DNA of 64,000 nucleotides. Source: Saccostrea echinata (taxonomy: Eukaryota). A program made the translations under genes and the position numbers. The stretch lies in the NCBI RefSeq assembly GCF_033153115.1, contig NW_026889779.1, positions 35,154,001-35,218,000 of the forward strand, in the 5' to 3' direction. Within the stretch, counting starts at the first letter, position 1. Every line of letters starts with the position of its first letter. Below are positions 1-12,015 of this stretch, piece after piece. The notes under the pieces were generated by a model. The model searched no databases and had not been told where the DNA came from. It was given only the letters and a program-made list of their open reading frames with translations.

Positions 1-142
1 GCTAACCTTTGTACAGAGCTGGTGCAACTTCATGTCTCGGGAGTAATATCTCTTCCTCTTGACAAGCCAATCCAATAGTGATGTACATGTGCTATTTATA
101 ACATAACGAACTAAATGCATTCACAAGCTAAGCTAACACTTT

Positions 143-223
143 CTAGCTCACCTGAGCTCAAGTGAGCTTTCTGATAACATTTTGTCAGGCGTCCGTCTGT
201 CTGTCCGTCTGTAAACTTTTCAC

Positions 224-260
<37 letters not shown>

Positions 261-273
261 TGACCAAACTTGC

Positions 274-305
<32 letters not shown>

Positions 306-525
306 ATTTTTTTTTCAAATGAAGGGTCATTCCTCTTTTAAGGGGATATATTTAAGAATTAGTGAAAATTTTGTGTCATCTTTCAAAAATCTTCTTCTCA
401 AGAGCCATTGGGCCAGAAAAGTTGAAACTTATGTAAAACCTTCATTACATGGTACAGATTCAAGTTTGTTCAAATCATGACCCCCGGGGAAGGGTGGGGA
501 CACAATAGGGGATCAAATTTTTACA
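143..525 (-). mobile_element. Non-autonomous Helentron-type (HINE-like) element, terminal fragment
   Basis: Starts with the partial terminal palindrome TAGCTCACCTGAGCTCAAGTGAGCT, then a (GTCT/GTCC)n microsatellite and the core AAGAACCACTGGGCCAATTTTGACCAAACTT. This resembles the reverse complement of the end of the element at 55840-56770. Confidence 0.7.
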
Positions 526-3291
526 CGCAGTCCCCTTGCCATCTAAAAGTACCCCAACACAAAAGCCTTATTCGCATGACATGAAGTCTATACATGCATG
601 TAAATATAGAGTTGGGTAGGATTTGTTATAAAATAATTGTTTTGGGGTTTTATATCAGTCTGACAACATTAATTAAGTCACAAATATTAAAAGATTATTT
701 ATGAAAAAGTCCTGGGGTCTTCCATATATATCATGGGGAGGGTGTCCTGTCCTCAGACACCTATGGTCTACAGGAATACTTAAGTAAGGATTTGATTTAC
801 ATAAGGCAGTAAATATTGTATCATGAATTATCTGACATCTAAATATACACTTTCTCAATACCTGGTTATCTTTGACCAACAACCGATAGGACTTTAAAGA
901 TGAAATATTCAAGATATTGAATGACAAGGAAATCAAGGTGATTTTGTTCACAAGTGAAACATCTGTGAATCATCTGTGAATAGTCCTTTTGCTCTCTGAT
1001 TTCTTTTACTTAGTCGTTATAAAAGTTAACTATTGAGTACAGTGCCAGAGAGAAAAAATCCATTTATTTTGAAAATTTGTTGATTGCAACATAGTGATTT
1101 TCCATAATCTATATCTACAAAATACATTACTGATTCTGAAAACCAACTGTTAGAAGTTAGTTAAAGGAAGTATCTAATGCAATGGTAACCTTATTAAATA
1201 CACAATGCCTATTAGTGGCAAGATTTACAAACAGAAAGTAATATTAAGCAATGTTTTCAATTTCTTGTCTTTGGGTGACAAGATAATTATATTAAATATG
1301 TTTACTGTTTTTTAAATAACATTTCAGTGTTTGAGCATAGCTATTTTTTTGTTATACACTGTGTATGTAAAAATGTATTTACTAGTACACGTATAACACA
1401 AATAACCTGAAAATAAAATGTAATACGGAAAAGAATACATCTACGTATTGTCTTCCATATTTTTATTCTAAAAATGCTTAGGGCAATATAAATACATGTT
1501 ATTACGCATTTATAATGGTGTCCGCTTGGTTGAAGTTGCCTGAAGAATAAATTTGTCGGAAGGTTATCGAGAAAACCTCACAATATCTATACAGTAGTGT
1601 CATTAATCGTCCCTTGAATGTACCTCCAGATGCGCAAAAGGAACGTGACACGATTTTGGGACATCTTTTCCACACCTTAAAGAACTTGCGCGATTCTAGT
1701 AAGCTGAGAAAATTCGCTTTTTTGGAGGTCAATTAAGTAGTGACAGATTAAGGTATACACAGTCATTTACCTAATGAATATATAAACAATGAAATCCTTC
1801 TAAACTTAACAGACATAGACACAACATTCAATTACGTTTTCGTCATAACTTTCACTACAGCTGATCAGGAGTATCAATGCTTTGTACCTATAAAAGTGGT
1901 TTCAAATCAATTTATTGTTCAGAGAATTTTTTAAATTGTTAATTGGAATGTACTGTAGTTAAAATTTTCAGAAAGGCCGAGTGACTGATTTCAACAGAAA
2001 ATTATTCCAATGATTTTTTTTAAGTGGTTCGAATACTTTTCGGCCAGGCAAATTCATTCATTTTTTCGAATAAATGTTGGTTTTTGTCATATTTTGAAAG
2101 GATACATTGAACAAAAAGAAAGTAGATTTCTTCAGGGACAACCCACTTTCATATCTACTACATTTATGAATGTCTATATATACGTGCTATATACAATGGT
2201 CATACATGTATGTCAAGGCCTCGTAATTTAAGTAATGTCCTGAATTTTGAAGGGAAAAAACTTCAAATTGGACAAATTTATTACTGTAGAACTGTTTGAA
2301 ATCAGATGGCTTTTGTGATAGCCAGGGTTATTGTTTTACACTTTGAAAAGGTTAACCATATGCAGTTACTTTTAATATTTCGTTTTAAAATGGCAATTTA
2401 ATAATGCTTAAGAGAAGAAAGTTCCTTGTAAGCAATTTTTTATTTTATTTGAAGCACATTTAAAAAAAAAAAATCGTTATCAAAAATTTTCAGGTATCTA
2501 TGGCATAATGGATTTGTAGTCTCCAGCTAAGGAAGATTAAGTTCTAAAATTATCCTGTCTAGGTTAGTGACACTATTTCAGGACATCATTCCAACTCCTT
2601 ATAAAGTACATGAGCGAATAAGATGAGAAAAATTATTTCCTTCCACTATGTTTCCACTACGCGAGTAAGACATGAGTTTTTTGTACATTTTAATGAACGT
2701 TGATATCAAAGCACTGTTGCACAATCTGTTACAACAAATTGCAATCTTTTTCAACAGAAATTTAATTTTGCTTGTAAACTATCAAATGATGGTTTAAAAT
2801 TTTACGGTTTTTCCGGAAAATGTCATTCTTTTATTAGAAATAGATCGATTATATGTTGGTTTGCATCAAATTTTCAAGATACATGCTCACACTTCATTTA
2901 TTCAAATTTTAAAACGAAGAAGACTTTGGAAGGGGTATGCATTATAAATTTTCGATGTCTATTATAATCATTGAATTTCGACATCTACGTTTTACATTTG
3001 ATATCAATTCGTATGCCTTCCATTTTAATTTTTGGGATTTATTAAGTTTAATTCCACGGTGCTAGAATTTTCTTTAAATATTTGGGTCTTAGTTGTCAAT
3101 CATACAACCTAAAGCCACATTCAATTTCACCTTAAATTCCTGCCAAAAGTAGGAAGTCATGAATACTGCAGCAGATTCTACTATATGATCTGACTGAATG
3201 TTTACGTCTCTGTTTTTGTTAACCAAATAGCTTTCCTCAGATGATAAATAAATGTTTTCATATTCTTACGTTCTGAGTTTACAGTGTTGAT

Positions 3292-3593
3292 GTTTGTTTG
3301 TTTGTTTGTTGTTTAACGTCCCTCTCGAGAATTTTTCACTCATATGGAGACGCCACCACTTGCCTGTGGAGAGCTGCAAATTTTGTCCTATACTCGGCAC
3401 TCAGGGCCATTGAGCAGTGAGGGATCTTTTTCGTGACAGCACCTACTGCGACACGGGACCTCGGTTTATACGGTCTCATCCGAAGGACCGGTCTCCACGT
3501 CCCACAGTGGGATTCGAACCCGCGATGTAAGGATTAACTCCTTACTCCGCGACATTAGAGCGAACGCTCTAACCACTGCGCCCCGCGGGCGAC
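3292..3593 (-). mobile_element. Full-length tRNA-derived SINE with Deu/Nin-type core
   Basis: Minus strand: tRNA-like head (box A GGCGCAGTGGTTAG, box B GGTTCGAATCC), central CCTTCGGATGAGACCGTATAAACCGAGGTCCCG...AAAGATCCC resembling the DeuSINE/Nin domain, and a (CAAA)n tail. Exact 12-bp TSD TACAGTGTTGAT at 3280-3291 and 3594-3605. Confidence 0.9.
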
Positions 3594-4088
3594 TACAGTG
3601 TTGATAGTCAAATATTAAAACAAGGATAAGCAAATGGTAAATAATTGTTAGGTACTTTACATGTATGTACATAGCGCAAACATTGTCAAAAACTGCATAA
3701 TTTTAGTATGTAATATCATGTTAAATTAAAAAAATCTATTTACTAATGTATCTAATCATCATATAAGGATAATGTCCATTTGTGTGACTTTCATTTCGTC
3801 CTTTTATTGTCAACGTATGTGGACCAGTAGAGAAATGTTTGCCAACGTCATGCAATATCATTGTTCCCAATAACTATGTATATTTACATTTCCAAATATT
3901 TTTCCTTAAGATTCTTTGCAAATTAGAAAAAAGTTCATGTTGTCATGAACTACCGTAGGATGAGTAAGAATAGTAAGTTCCTTTGTGATGTGACTAAAGT
4001 CAAAAAAATAGTGCAAACTTTATTTTAAGAAAAATGATCGTTGAATGACAAAAACATGTAGCAAGTCATCAGAAAAATAATGTAAATA

Positions 4089-4202
4089 TAAGATATGAAT
4101 TTAAATTTTGAGAATTCATGCTAACGCGCTTCATGAAATATGCCGGCGTAAAGCGTCGTAGTTCATGTCCACATGGATTCTAAAAATTGAATTCATCTCT
4201 TA
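4089..4202. mobile_element. Small MITE / fold-back element
   Basis: Imperfect ~31-bp terminal inverted repeats: TAAGATATGAATTTAAATTTTGAGAATTCATG and CATGGATTCTAAAAATTGAATTCATCTCTTA. Confidence 0.6.
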
Positions 4203-4832
4203 AATTAACTGTTTAATATCAATAGGTAGCAAGGGAATTTAAGTTTGGCTGAACTGAAGGTCAAATTCACACAAAATTCTCAAATGTTACGCTCTCTATT
4301 GCCCTGCAAAAATCTGTAACATTTCCGGTACATATCTTGACACACCATATTGGTTTCAGCTATAGTTTGCCTTTTGTCTATCTCGATGCAATCAAAACGA
4401 ATCTGGCCTATAACTTTGTTACTTCTGGTTTAGTTTTAAATATTTTATCCTTTTTGTTTGGATATTAAGATTTTCTGACCTGTGTAAATTCTTTTGACTA
4501 GTTTTTTTTTATTAATAAAATCTTACTATGTTATTCACAATAGCTTTTGTAACTAGAAATTTCAACAAAATTTTGAGTAATATCTATTTCTTCCATCAGA
4601 AGGAAAAGATAATAAAATTGTTCTAGAAATTAATGATCGGTAGACTGGAGATGCCCATCATACTTAGCCTTTTGAATATATAATAAGTGTAAATATTTTA
4701 CTTCTTGTTGACCACACTTCCAAATGAATGCTTTATGGTGTATGCTCAGAGTGTCATAAAAACTTGGGAGCATGTGTGAATCACATGAAACGGACATGCA
4801 GTTAAAAACCAAATCTGTTCTTTAAATGCAAT

Positions 4833-7800
4833 ATGAAGTGTGCTTCAAAAATGTTTTTTAAACTACAATTTTTCTTACAAATGTTATTGATTACTTACAT
4901 TCAAGGTGAAAATATTCATCTGAACAAAATTTCTACTTTATACATACCGTTTTCCTATACTGACGAGGGGGTTCCTACTTTTTCTTTGGCGGAAGGATCG
5001 GCAGAACAACTGGCTTATGATTTTCAGGATCAGATTGTGTATATTGTTGGTGAGTTTTTTTATGCAAAAATATTTATTAAAAAAGAAAAAAATACGAAAC
5101 TTTCAGCTAATAATCTGGTACGCCTTTATGTTAAAAATATTTTAAAATTCTGTTATACAGATCAGGTAGTATTGTTTAATGCATAACGAAAAATTTATTA
5201 TCCGAAGTACATGTATAGCAAAAAAGTGTCAAATACAAAATACTATGTAAAAAAAAGTTCATACTGAACCTAAACCAAAATTCAAAAAGTCATACTTGAC
5301 TCTCTTATGTCTGATGCAGTGATGAATAAATATAAAAGAAAGAGGCCATCCTTCATGTTTCGCCATTGCCATTAGCTTGTCTTCATTAGAACTTGGGAAT
5401 TTTTTCATCGCAACCATAAAACCTAAAAAAATAATTACAGGGGCATCCAAAGTAAATGTTATCGATATATCCAAAGTGGAAAATCCACAGATCCTTTATC
5501 ATAAAGTTCTGGGTGATTTTGATCCAACTGATGTAGAATTCTGCGGAGATCATGTGTTTGTCGCTTTGGATAATAATAAGGACAGAGAAGCTGGGAGAGT
5601 AGTCGTCTTCAAGAAATATAACAAGAAGTATAACACAATGGAGGCTGTTTTAAATATCACAGGTACCTTAAAGTCTTTTATATGTATTTTGTATCTCTCT
5701 CTCTCTCTCTCTCTCTCTCAAATATTTCAGAAGAAATGAATTAAAATTTTGCACGGGTGAGATCAGTAAAAATTCCAAGAATTGTTTTAATATTTCTAAA
5801 TGATAAAATTTCAGTTGGACCTTTGCCAGACATGCTGCTTCCAACCTCAAACTGCAGAACTGTTTTAATCGCTCTTGAGGCGGAGGCATTTCCTAAAAAT
5901 GGTAAATTGGTTGACCCTGAGGGTGGAGTTGGACTTCTGAAGTTTCAAGGTGTAAACATCACTTCCTCAACTTATTCCTACAAAAGACTAAATTTTCACA
6001 ATTTTAATGATAGGTAAGACAATGAAAATTACCACTGACAGAATGTCACCTACAGTCCTAAATTAATTACTGGTTCACTAAAACGTACACAAGAGTAATT
6101 AATCAAAAAATAACTTATCTTAAAATCATCTCTTTGACCAAGAAGATGAATGTGGGTATAAAGAACTTATGATAAGTAGTTTTCATGAATTCATCTATAA
6201 CCTCATAATGAAATGTTTCATCTCTTGGTTTCTATATATGGTATTAGTGTAAAATATTTGTGTGATTTGTAGATGGAATGACCTGTCAAAATCTGGTGTA
6301 CGATTTGTTTACAAAGAACAAAACAACACGTTTTCTCAAGATTTAGAACCTGAGTATATCACTTTCAGTAAAGATGAGACGAAAGCTTACGTTTGCCTTC
6401 AGGTAAATGAAAGTTTCACAACATAACTCGTACCTGAGTTAAGTCATCCTTCATTAATTAATATATTGCATATTTCTTTCTAATTTGATCAGTATCTCTA
6501 TAATTCCCCGAGAACAGCAAATAAATTAAGGCATACGATTGCGTGCGCATTTATAGGTGGTTACTAAGGCCTTATTTTAGTTAAATCACTCCTTACAAAA
6601 TACCGAAAGGAATAATCCTTTGGCGTGCCACTATTTATGCATTTTATCTTTTATCTCAAGAGCATATTGCAAAAATTGCTCCATAAATTTATCAGTCTAA
6701 AGCCCCATAATTTACAAACCCCTTTTCCAAATACCAATTGAAATACATATAAAATTTAGGCAAATATTGAAAAAGTTAAGATTCAGGAATTTCTATCATG
6801 AAAGAAGAAATGTTCTTTGCTAGAAACCTGAACTTGCATATGAATCAAATTAAATAAGATTTTGACTGTGTTTAATAGAAATGACCAATATTCTTTTTGT
6901 CTTTTATTTGTTAGTCATAAGGGAATTAAATACATGTAATCAGTGTGAATTATTTCTTTACATTATAGTATATACTTATGAGAATATATGGACCATGATA
7001 TGGTCACACAGGTTATATAAAAGTTACTATGTTTGACTATAAAGTACTATAAATCCATGGACACTAAACATGTTTTGAAATACGAAATAAACAGATACTT
7101 TAGACATGCATCATAGTACATCTCTCTTACAATTGTAACTCAATACCACCATAAACCATAACATATCGCAATTTAAGGGAAGGAAAAGAATGAGTGTGGA
7201 TACTTTGTTACGGTTCCAAATTTCTATTACTTTAAAATCAAACACAAGGTTCAATGTCATACATTAAAAAACGAAAAACTAAATCAAAACCAGAATGCAA
7301 AACAAGTAAAAACATTCTAAACTCAAAAAAGAAACAAAGCAAATTAAAGCAAAATAAAAAAAAAAGTAAAAGTTCATTTTTTTAAAAATTCATTCGCTCA
7401 TGAATGAGTATTATGCACGAATTTGGAAAAAAAATCAATGGTTCAGAAAACGCCCCCTTTGATACTTTCAAAGTCCTCTCTGAGTTTAAACAAATACTAC
7501 CCTACTGAATATCATAGATATAAAATCGCAAGCAAGCCATCCTCAAGTACTACTATACTATAGATCAAAACGCCTTCTAAAGCTTGATATGTCACTGTAT
7601 AGAGAAGTAGCTCTTACGAACAAACATCATTTGCTCTAAGGCAACGGAAACCGACGAACATTTGTGCAGATCTAGATGAGAGACGGACATTTGAAGGAAC
7701 AAATCTAAGAGAACGCAGCTTTTGATATTAACATTTATTTTTGTATTTTCAACTTAGATTTTTTTTATATATATATGATCTTTCAGGAATGTCTTTGCAA

Positions 7801-10800
7801 CACCTCCCCCTTTACCCTCTCCTGTTCACCACCTATAGATGGAAAAGCAATTTCTAACAGAATACACACACATATTTAAAAACATATTTTTAAAACAAGT
7901 GCTCATAAGAGATTAGTCACCAGCATAATATTATGTTATAAATTTTGAATAAAGGGGGATGTAAATGCATAATTTATATAAATTTAAGTACATTCAAAAT
8001 TTAAAACCATGATAATAAGAACAAAACCAAGTTAGAAATGTAACAATATGTCAGTTATTTTTAAACTTTTTTTTGGCCATTACGTGCTGTATCCCACCGA
8101 ACCAGAAAGTTCATAATATTTCTTCGGACCGTCCTGATCATATCTCACATTTCCAGATCACAAATAACAAATTCAATCTTTTGACAGTGTACTTTCTACC
8201 GTTCAGTTTTGAACCGATTCGACTCGTGGACCAGTTGTCATTTAAGTTTAATAAGGTAAATGCTTATTATATACGTTGAAGTAAATGTCCACCTTTCCTT
8301 CCTGAAATGTCCTTGATCAAATACAGGTGTATTCGTGCAAATGTCCTTAGCCTTTAACGAAACGGTTTCCCAAATGTCCTTGGTAGCACCGAATCCATAC
8401 ATTTGTCACACCCTCTTCGATCATTATATGAGGTAAAATTTTATTCACATTTCATTACAAATGTTTTATCACTATGATTTAAAAATGAAAACTATTTTTA
8501 TTCATAGTTTTGTAATTAAAAATACATCCGAAAATGATATGGCGGCTGAAACAAATTGCTGGAAAGCCAAATGATATAAGATAATCAGATTCAAAATTCA
8601 TATCTCATGGCATCCTGAGCCTGTGGAAAAAAACTTTTCTCTCTGGTCATATGTAAATTAACTTTGTCATCTCTATTAACTTGATTTAAAAGTAGATTTT
8701 TTTAGTTTAAAACTCTAATAATTTGTTTGTCCATCAATTTAACAGGAAAATAATGCCATAGCTGTGGTGGATTTGGAGACTGAAAACATTACAGCAGTTC
8801 ACGGACTTGGTTTCAAAAACTGGAGTAATTCTAAACTCGATGCTAATGACAAAGATAATGGTAATGTAATGAAGCGATTTTAAACCAACAAAGTCTTTTG
8901 GAAAAATAATTTTACGTATCTGCTTTTCTTCTGACTGTAAGATTGTACACCTGATTATCCTTTTTCTCCTCTAGAAATTGTCATTAGATCACTTCCGGTG
9001 TATGGGATGTACCAACCTGACGCTATCCATTTGGTGAAAATGAAAGATGTTGAATACATCATTACAGCCAGCGAAGGAGACAGCAAAGATTATTCTGGAT
9101 ATCCACTGAATATGACTGGTTTTAGTGAAGAAATAAGAGCCAAGGACATCACTTTAGCAAGTACTGTATACTGAATTGTAGATATAATAAGCAAGGAAAA
9201 AAGCAACACCTCTCTTTCTTATACATTTATCTATTTTCTATTCTCACATAACATTAAATTATTATTTTTCATAGATAATTCCGAAGTCACAAGGTGGGCA
9301 TATCAGAACAATGTAGAGAATATCTTGGATGATACAATTTTAGGTAATCGCTCTCGTTCGTTACAAATGCTTTGCTATCACTCATTAAAATACGAATTTT
9401 ATTACTATTTTATTATACGTTTGAGTTACTTAAAATTGAAATTTCTGTCTCAAAGATATGTTTGACTCAGTTTAATTGACATTTCTGTTTTAAAGGTAGG
9501 CTGCAGGTTACAACAGAAAATGGGCGATTAGCGGACGGAACTTTTGATAAACTGTACACATTTGGTGGAAGAGGATTAACTGTTTGGAGGGCTGATTCAA
9601 TGACTAAAGTTTATGATAGCGGAAGTGATGTAGAAGATACTCACGCAGAATCAAGACCCGATCTCTTCAATGCAGATGCTAAAACTGACGCCATTATTAA
9701 GTCCACAATGGACTCTAGATCAGATAACAAAGTAAATCATATCTTTTCATAATTTGATACCATGCATTGCTTTTTTTAAAGCAATGAGGCGATAAACAGT
9801 TAATGTCCAACATATATATTTCCACATATATTTACAGTTCTGTTAATGTGGATATCTTTAAAGTAGATGAAAATATTGAAAGCATGTCTGATAGAACTTT
9901 TCATTATTTATCGATGTAAAAAGTTAATTAATGGCGTTAATTTATGCGCAATAATGATTTCCTTTTTAAACATCAAAGGGTCCTGAGAGTGAGAGCCTTG
10001 CAGTTGCCCACGATGGTAATAAAGTGATAGTCTTCCTTGGAAACGAGAGACCAGGTTCTATCAGTATATATTCATTTATTGGAAGTATGACCTCACCAAG
10101 CTTTGAAAGTGTTTTCTCAGATATACCTTCTTCGGAGGAATCATGGACACATGCTTTTGACCGGAAGGCTATAAGTTGTATAGATCCAGAGGATCTAAAG
10201 TAATTGAATTGCTCACACTTTTAAGTGCCATAGAATAACAACATACATGTATTTTAATTTTTTAGGTTCTTTTATTTTAAGTAGCATAAAATAAAAGTAT
10301 ATTTGAATTTCATACAATTTTTTGATATGTCAATGATGTTTAATTTTGTAATAATTTTGAATACTTTTAGATACATTCCACCACATCAAAGTCCAAGCGG
10401 TAGACCTCTATTATTAGTGGCCGGTTCTGCCAGTGGCACTTTTTCTATATTAGAAGTCAAAGGGATCAATATTGGTAAGCTAGGCTTATTAAGATTGTAC
10501 TTTTCATTCAGATTATTCATTAATGTTAATTAATATGATTAAAAATTAGTTTGTATAATACCATTTTTATGTTACAGAAAATATCAGAAATGAGGGATCT
10601 CTAAACTACTCACGTAAGCTTTTTTTCTTCACTATGTATTTAAAAAAAAACAATTTTATCCCCTCTTTCTACAAAAAAAGTATACACATGTATCGTTTTT
10701 AATCGTCCGTCTGTCGATCAATTCATCATACTTTCTTACCATCACAACTCGTACATATTCTTTGTTTCGTTGTTTTCATTACTTTTTATTTAATATCTAA

Positions 10801-10876
10801 TTCTTTTTCAGAAAGGAATGTCCTTCTTCCTCTGTTAGGAGTGTGGATTCATGAAATGATTACATATAATATATAA
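4833..10876 (+). CDS. msp130: MSP130-like mesenchyme-specific cell surface glycoprotein (alkaline-phosphatase-related beta-propeller), copy 1, 599 aa, signal peptide and probable GPI signal
   Basis: 12 GT-AG exons, phase-consistent, 1800 nt: 4833-5049, 5441-5662, 5815-6013, 6273-6402, 8746-8860, 8975-9160, 9275-9343, 9496-9731, 9979-10199, 10371-10474, 10578-10613, 10812-10876. Family motifs: AEQLAYD, VGPLPDML, DPEGGV, DLEPEYI, LQENNAIAVVDL, GLGFK, GMYQPDAI, FGGRG, YDSGSD, DSRSDNKGPESE, GNERPGSI, IDPEDL. Hydrophobic C-terminus VLLPLLGVWIHEMITYNI. AATAAA at 10942. Confidence 0.9.
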
Positions 10877-12015
10877 AATATTTGTGTAAAAATTGTAATC
10901 TTTATTATTGAATTTACTGTCATTTATTGTGATATTTAAAAAATAAATAAAAATAGTTTGAATGATTGGGAAAAAAAAGGAGGGGTTTTTTTTTTTTGAG
11001 AAAATACTTCCTTAAAGAAATCATATTTAAGAATAATGAGTGTGCTATTGTTTAGCTTCTACTACAATACAGAATGGTGTGAATGATGATTTATTTTGAT
11101 TTAACAGTACTGTAAATTTAGCACCTTTTCAGTGCATGCGAGTTTTAACAATATTTGGAATAGAATCGATGAGACCTGCCTTTTAAATATTTTCAATGAC
11201 ATTTAAAGATTAGGCGACATATATGACCTTCGTTTGTTTGTTTTTCCTATCAGATTATGGGTCGTTAAGTACCCTTTCACGTGTGAATTGTCAAATGTAT
11301 GAAAAATAATTATATAATTTGAATCGAATAATCCACTTTAAAAATTATCGAATTCTAAAGGCTCTAAGTTTTGAACTTTTTGTCGACTTAAAACGGTTTT
11401 AAATTATATGAAATGTTTTAATTACAAAAAATTTCAATAACTACTAAATAAAGGGTTAATGATAACACAATTTTCAACAGCAAAAAAAAAAAAAAAAACT
11501 CTGTCGTGTAAAACCAACCTCATATATTCATTTCACATGTTTTAAATATATAGGTTACGGTTACTTTTAATGAAAAAGGCAAGTAATTGGTTTTTTTTTT
11601 TTAATTTCTACTTTATCAAAGATGAATAAATCTTTATGATCGTATCGTATGAAAACATTATCTTCATTACATATCACAGAGGAAAAAAAACAGATTCAAA
11701 TGCCTTTTTTTCTAATCTTTACAGAATTCTATCTTTAAAGTGCATTGCACTGATATTCTACCAAAGAAAATGCGTCATTTACCAACTAGGGATTATGAAA
11801 ATGTGTACGTTGGGAAGTTAGTACCAATTCGTAATAAGATTTTTGCGTTACAAATGTTAATATCGAGGCTGTCCTTCCACATGGGTCGGTGCGTGACTAC
11901 CTCACTAAGTCTAGATATTTGATCACATGACAACCCAATATAAATTCATCAAATTTAGTCAAACTAGAATTCATACTCAAAATACCCCATTTATGAAGTT
12001 GTTAAAGTCAAAAAT

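Noticed and set aside
1-78. Possible end of a coding exon at the window edge (ANLCTELVQLHVSGVISLPLDKPIQ*)
   Set aside because: Too short and truncated to support.
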